A stretch of DNA of 63,963 nt, the filler included, from Dirinaria sp. TL-2023a (Eukaryota): the NCBI GenBank assembly GCA_051941275.1. It is 3 parts of 3 records of this genome, joined end to end, with 100 filler letters (N's around TTAATTAATTAA, not from the genome) between each part and the next. Parts side by side here need not be neighbours in the genome. Positions count along the whole stretch, not along the records: positions 45,231 to 63,963 come from JAVEBF010000369.1; 2 more parts are not named here. One strand, written 5' to 3'. Shown here piece after piece: positions 62,958-63,963 of the stretch. A program made the position numbers and the translations under genes. Positions within the stretch are counted from its first letter, which is position 1. Each line of letters starts with the position of its first letter. Under the pieces are notes generated by a model, which saw nothing but the letters and a program-made list of their open reading frames with translations, was not told the DNA's origin and did not search any database.

Positions 62958-63963
62958 ATTTGTGTAGAGTAGGCACAGGGTATATCGCGATATCATACGA
63001 AAAGGAAAATCCTTTAGCGTATCGGCGTAAAGTCTGAACTGTGTGCTGGGCGGGTTTTTACTGCTCCATGTAAGCTTCAAGGATACGTGACAGTATAATG
63101 AGTCTCATTGATATTTCAACTCATTCAGCCTTTCCTCCAACTCCAAAGTTATTTTATATATCAACGAAAGGGCAGGCAATACTGAGAGTCGACCTTCTCA
63201 ACCAGTATTTATCAAATACATACGAATTGAGGCACAAGAGTACCGAGCGCTCCATAACGAAGATTTGGCAGCCCTGACTAAAGAAGTCGCTCTATTCCGG
63301 CCGTTGGAATCCACATGGAAGTCTCCGAATGATCCTTAAGCAGCATGCCTGAGTCTCTCCAACCAACTTCTGGGCCCTGGCTGCTCATTCGTTCGACTGA
63401 TGATAGTCCTGGCATCAGCAACCCTTCTGAAAGTTCCTCCGCATCGTCGCTTGAAAAGAGCAGCTTATCTACTCAAATCTACCCGAACGGCGTCGAAAAA
63501 AAGGCAATGAAATGCAGCTCGCCTTGATTCCTAGATCAGGTAGAGCAAAGTCTGCAATGCAAAAACCCCCCAACCTTGACGTCACCACGCGTCAGAGAGA
63601 GCATGGCAAGGAACTGATGGCAGAAAATCATGTTGAATCCAATAACTACCTCTTTTGCACAAAATCATGAGAGCAGTAATCCTATGCTGGGTAATTTGCC
63701 TGTGTGTGTTCCGCAGCTGCAGTTCGAAGACTCAGCAGCCAGCCCTTACACCTAATTTTACATCCCCTCATGGCGTCCGTGTCTACAACCCTGCTTTCAG
63801 CACCACTCCCGATGGTCCCTGGAGCTTGATGTCTATCGCGGGAGATACTGTGTACATAGCGGGTATGTTGTGTCAATTGCTCTGTCTAAGTTCAGATGCC
63901 TTTTCCTCTCTTTGTAAGAATAGCAGGAATGATGAGATAAATCCGCCTCTTCCCCCCTCCTCT

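Noticed and set aside
63345..63876. Short ORFs at the end of the window
   Set aside because: No domain signature or coherent exon chain; they cannot be supported.

Overview
Intron-containing genomic DNA of a filamentous ascomycete (Pezizomycotina-type GT-AG introns of about 50-100 nt with CTRAC branch sites). The window is three separate contigs joined by artificial 100-nt N linkers carrying TTAATTAATTAA (22531-22630, 45131-45230), so adjacency across the linkers means nothing. Contig 1 (1-22530) carries mitochondrial malonyl-CoA:ACP transacylase (partial), a GPI-type surface protein, an AFG1 ATPase, an SMP-like small protein, an F-box-like ORF, TRAPPC2L, a small conserved protein, a Cys-rich secreted protein, complex I PSST subunit, a PTH11-like membrane protein and Nat2/DUF1279. 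Contig 2 (22631-45130) is gene-dense housekeeping DNA: MAP2, DES1, SCS2/VAP, a UBX protein, RAD52, a large low-complexity protein, an AVT2-like transporter and a CtsD aspartic protease, plus a decayed inverted repeat after RAD52. Contig 3 (45231-63963) looks accessory: a mutated Mutator-like transposase relic, a UVI-1-like secreted protein, two PTH11-like genes, an amino-acid permease with two apparent GC-AG introns, a GNAT and a SesA-like/NB-ARC/TPR NLR. The most interesting signal is in the NLR. One in-frame TAA sits right after the N-terminal effector domain, between two in-frame 3' splice acceptors 30 nt apart, so acceptor choice could switch between an effector-only protein and the full-length receptor. 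All calls come from manual translation and motif recognition; no database searches were run.
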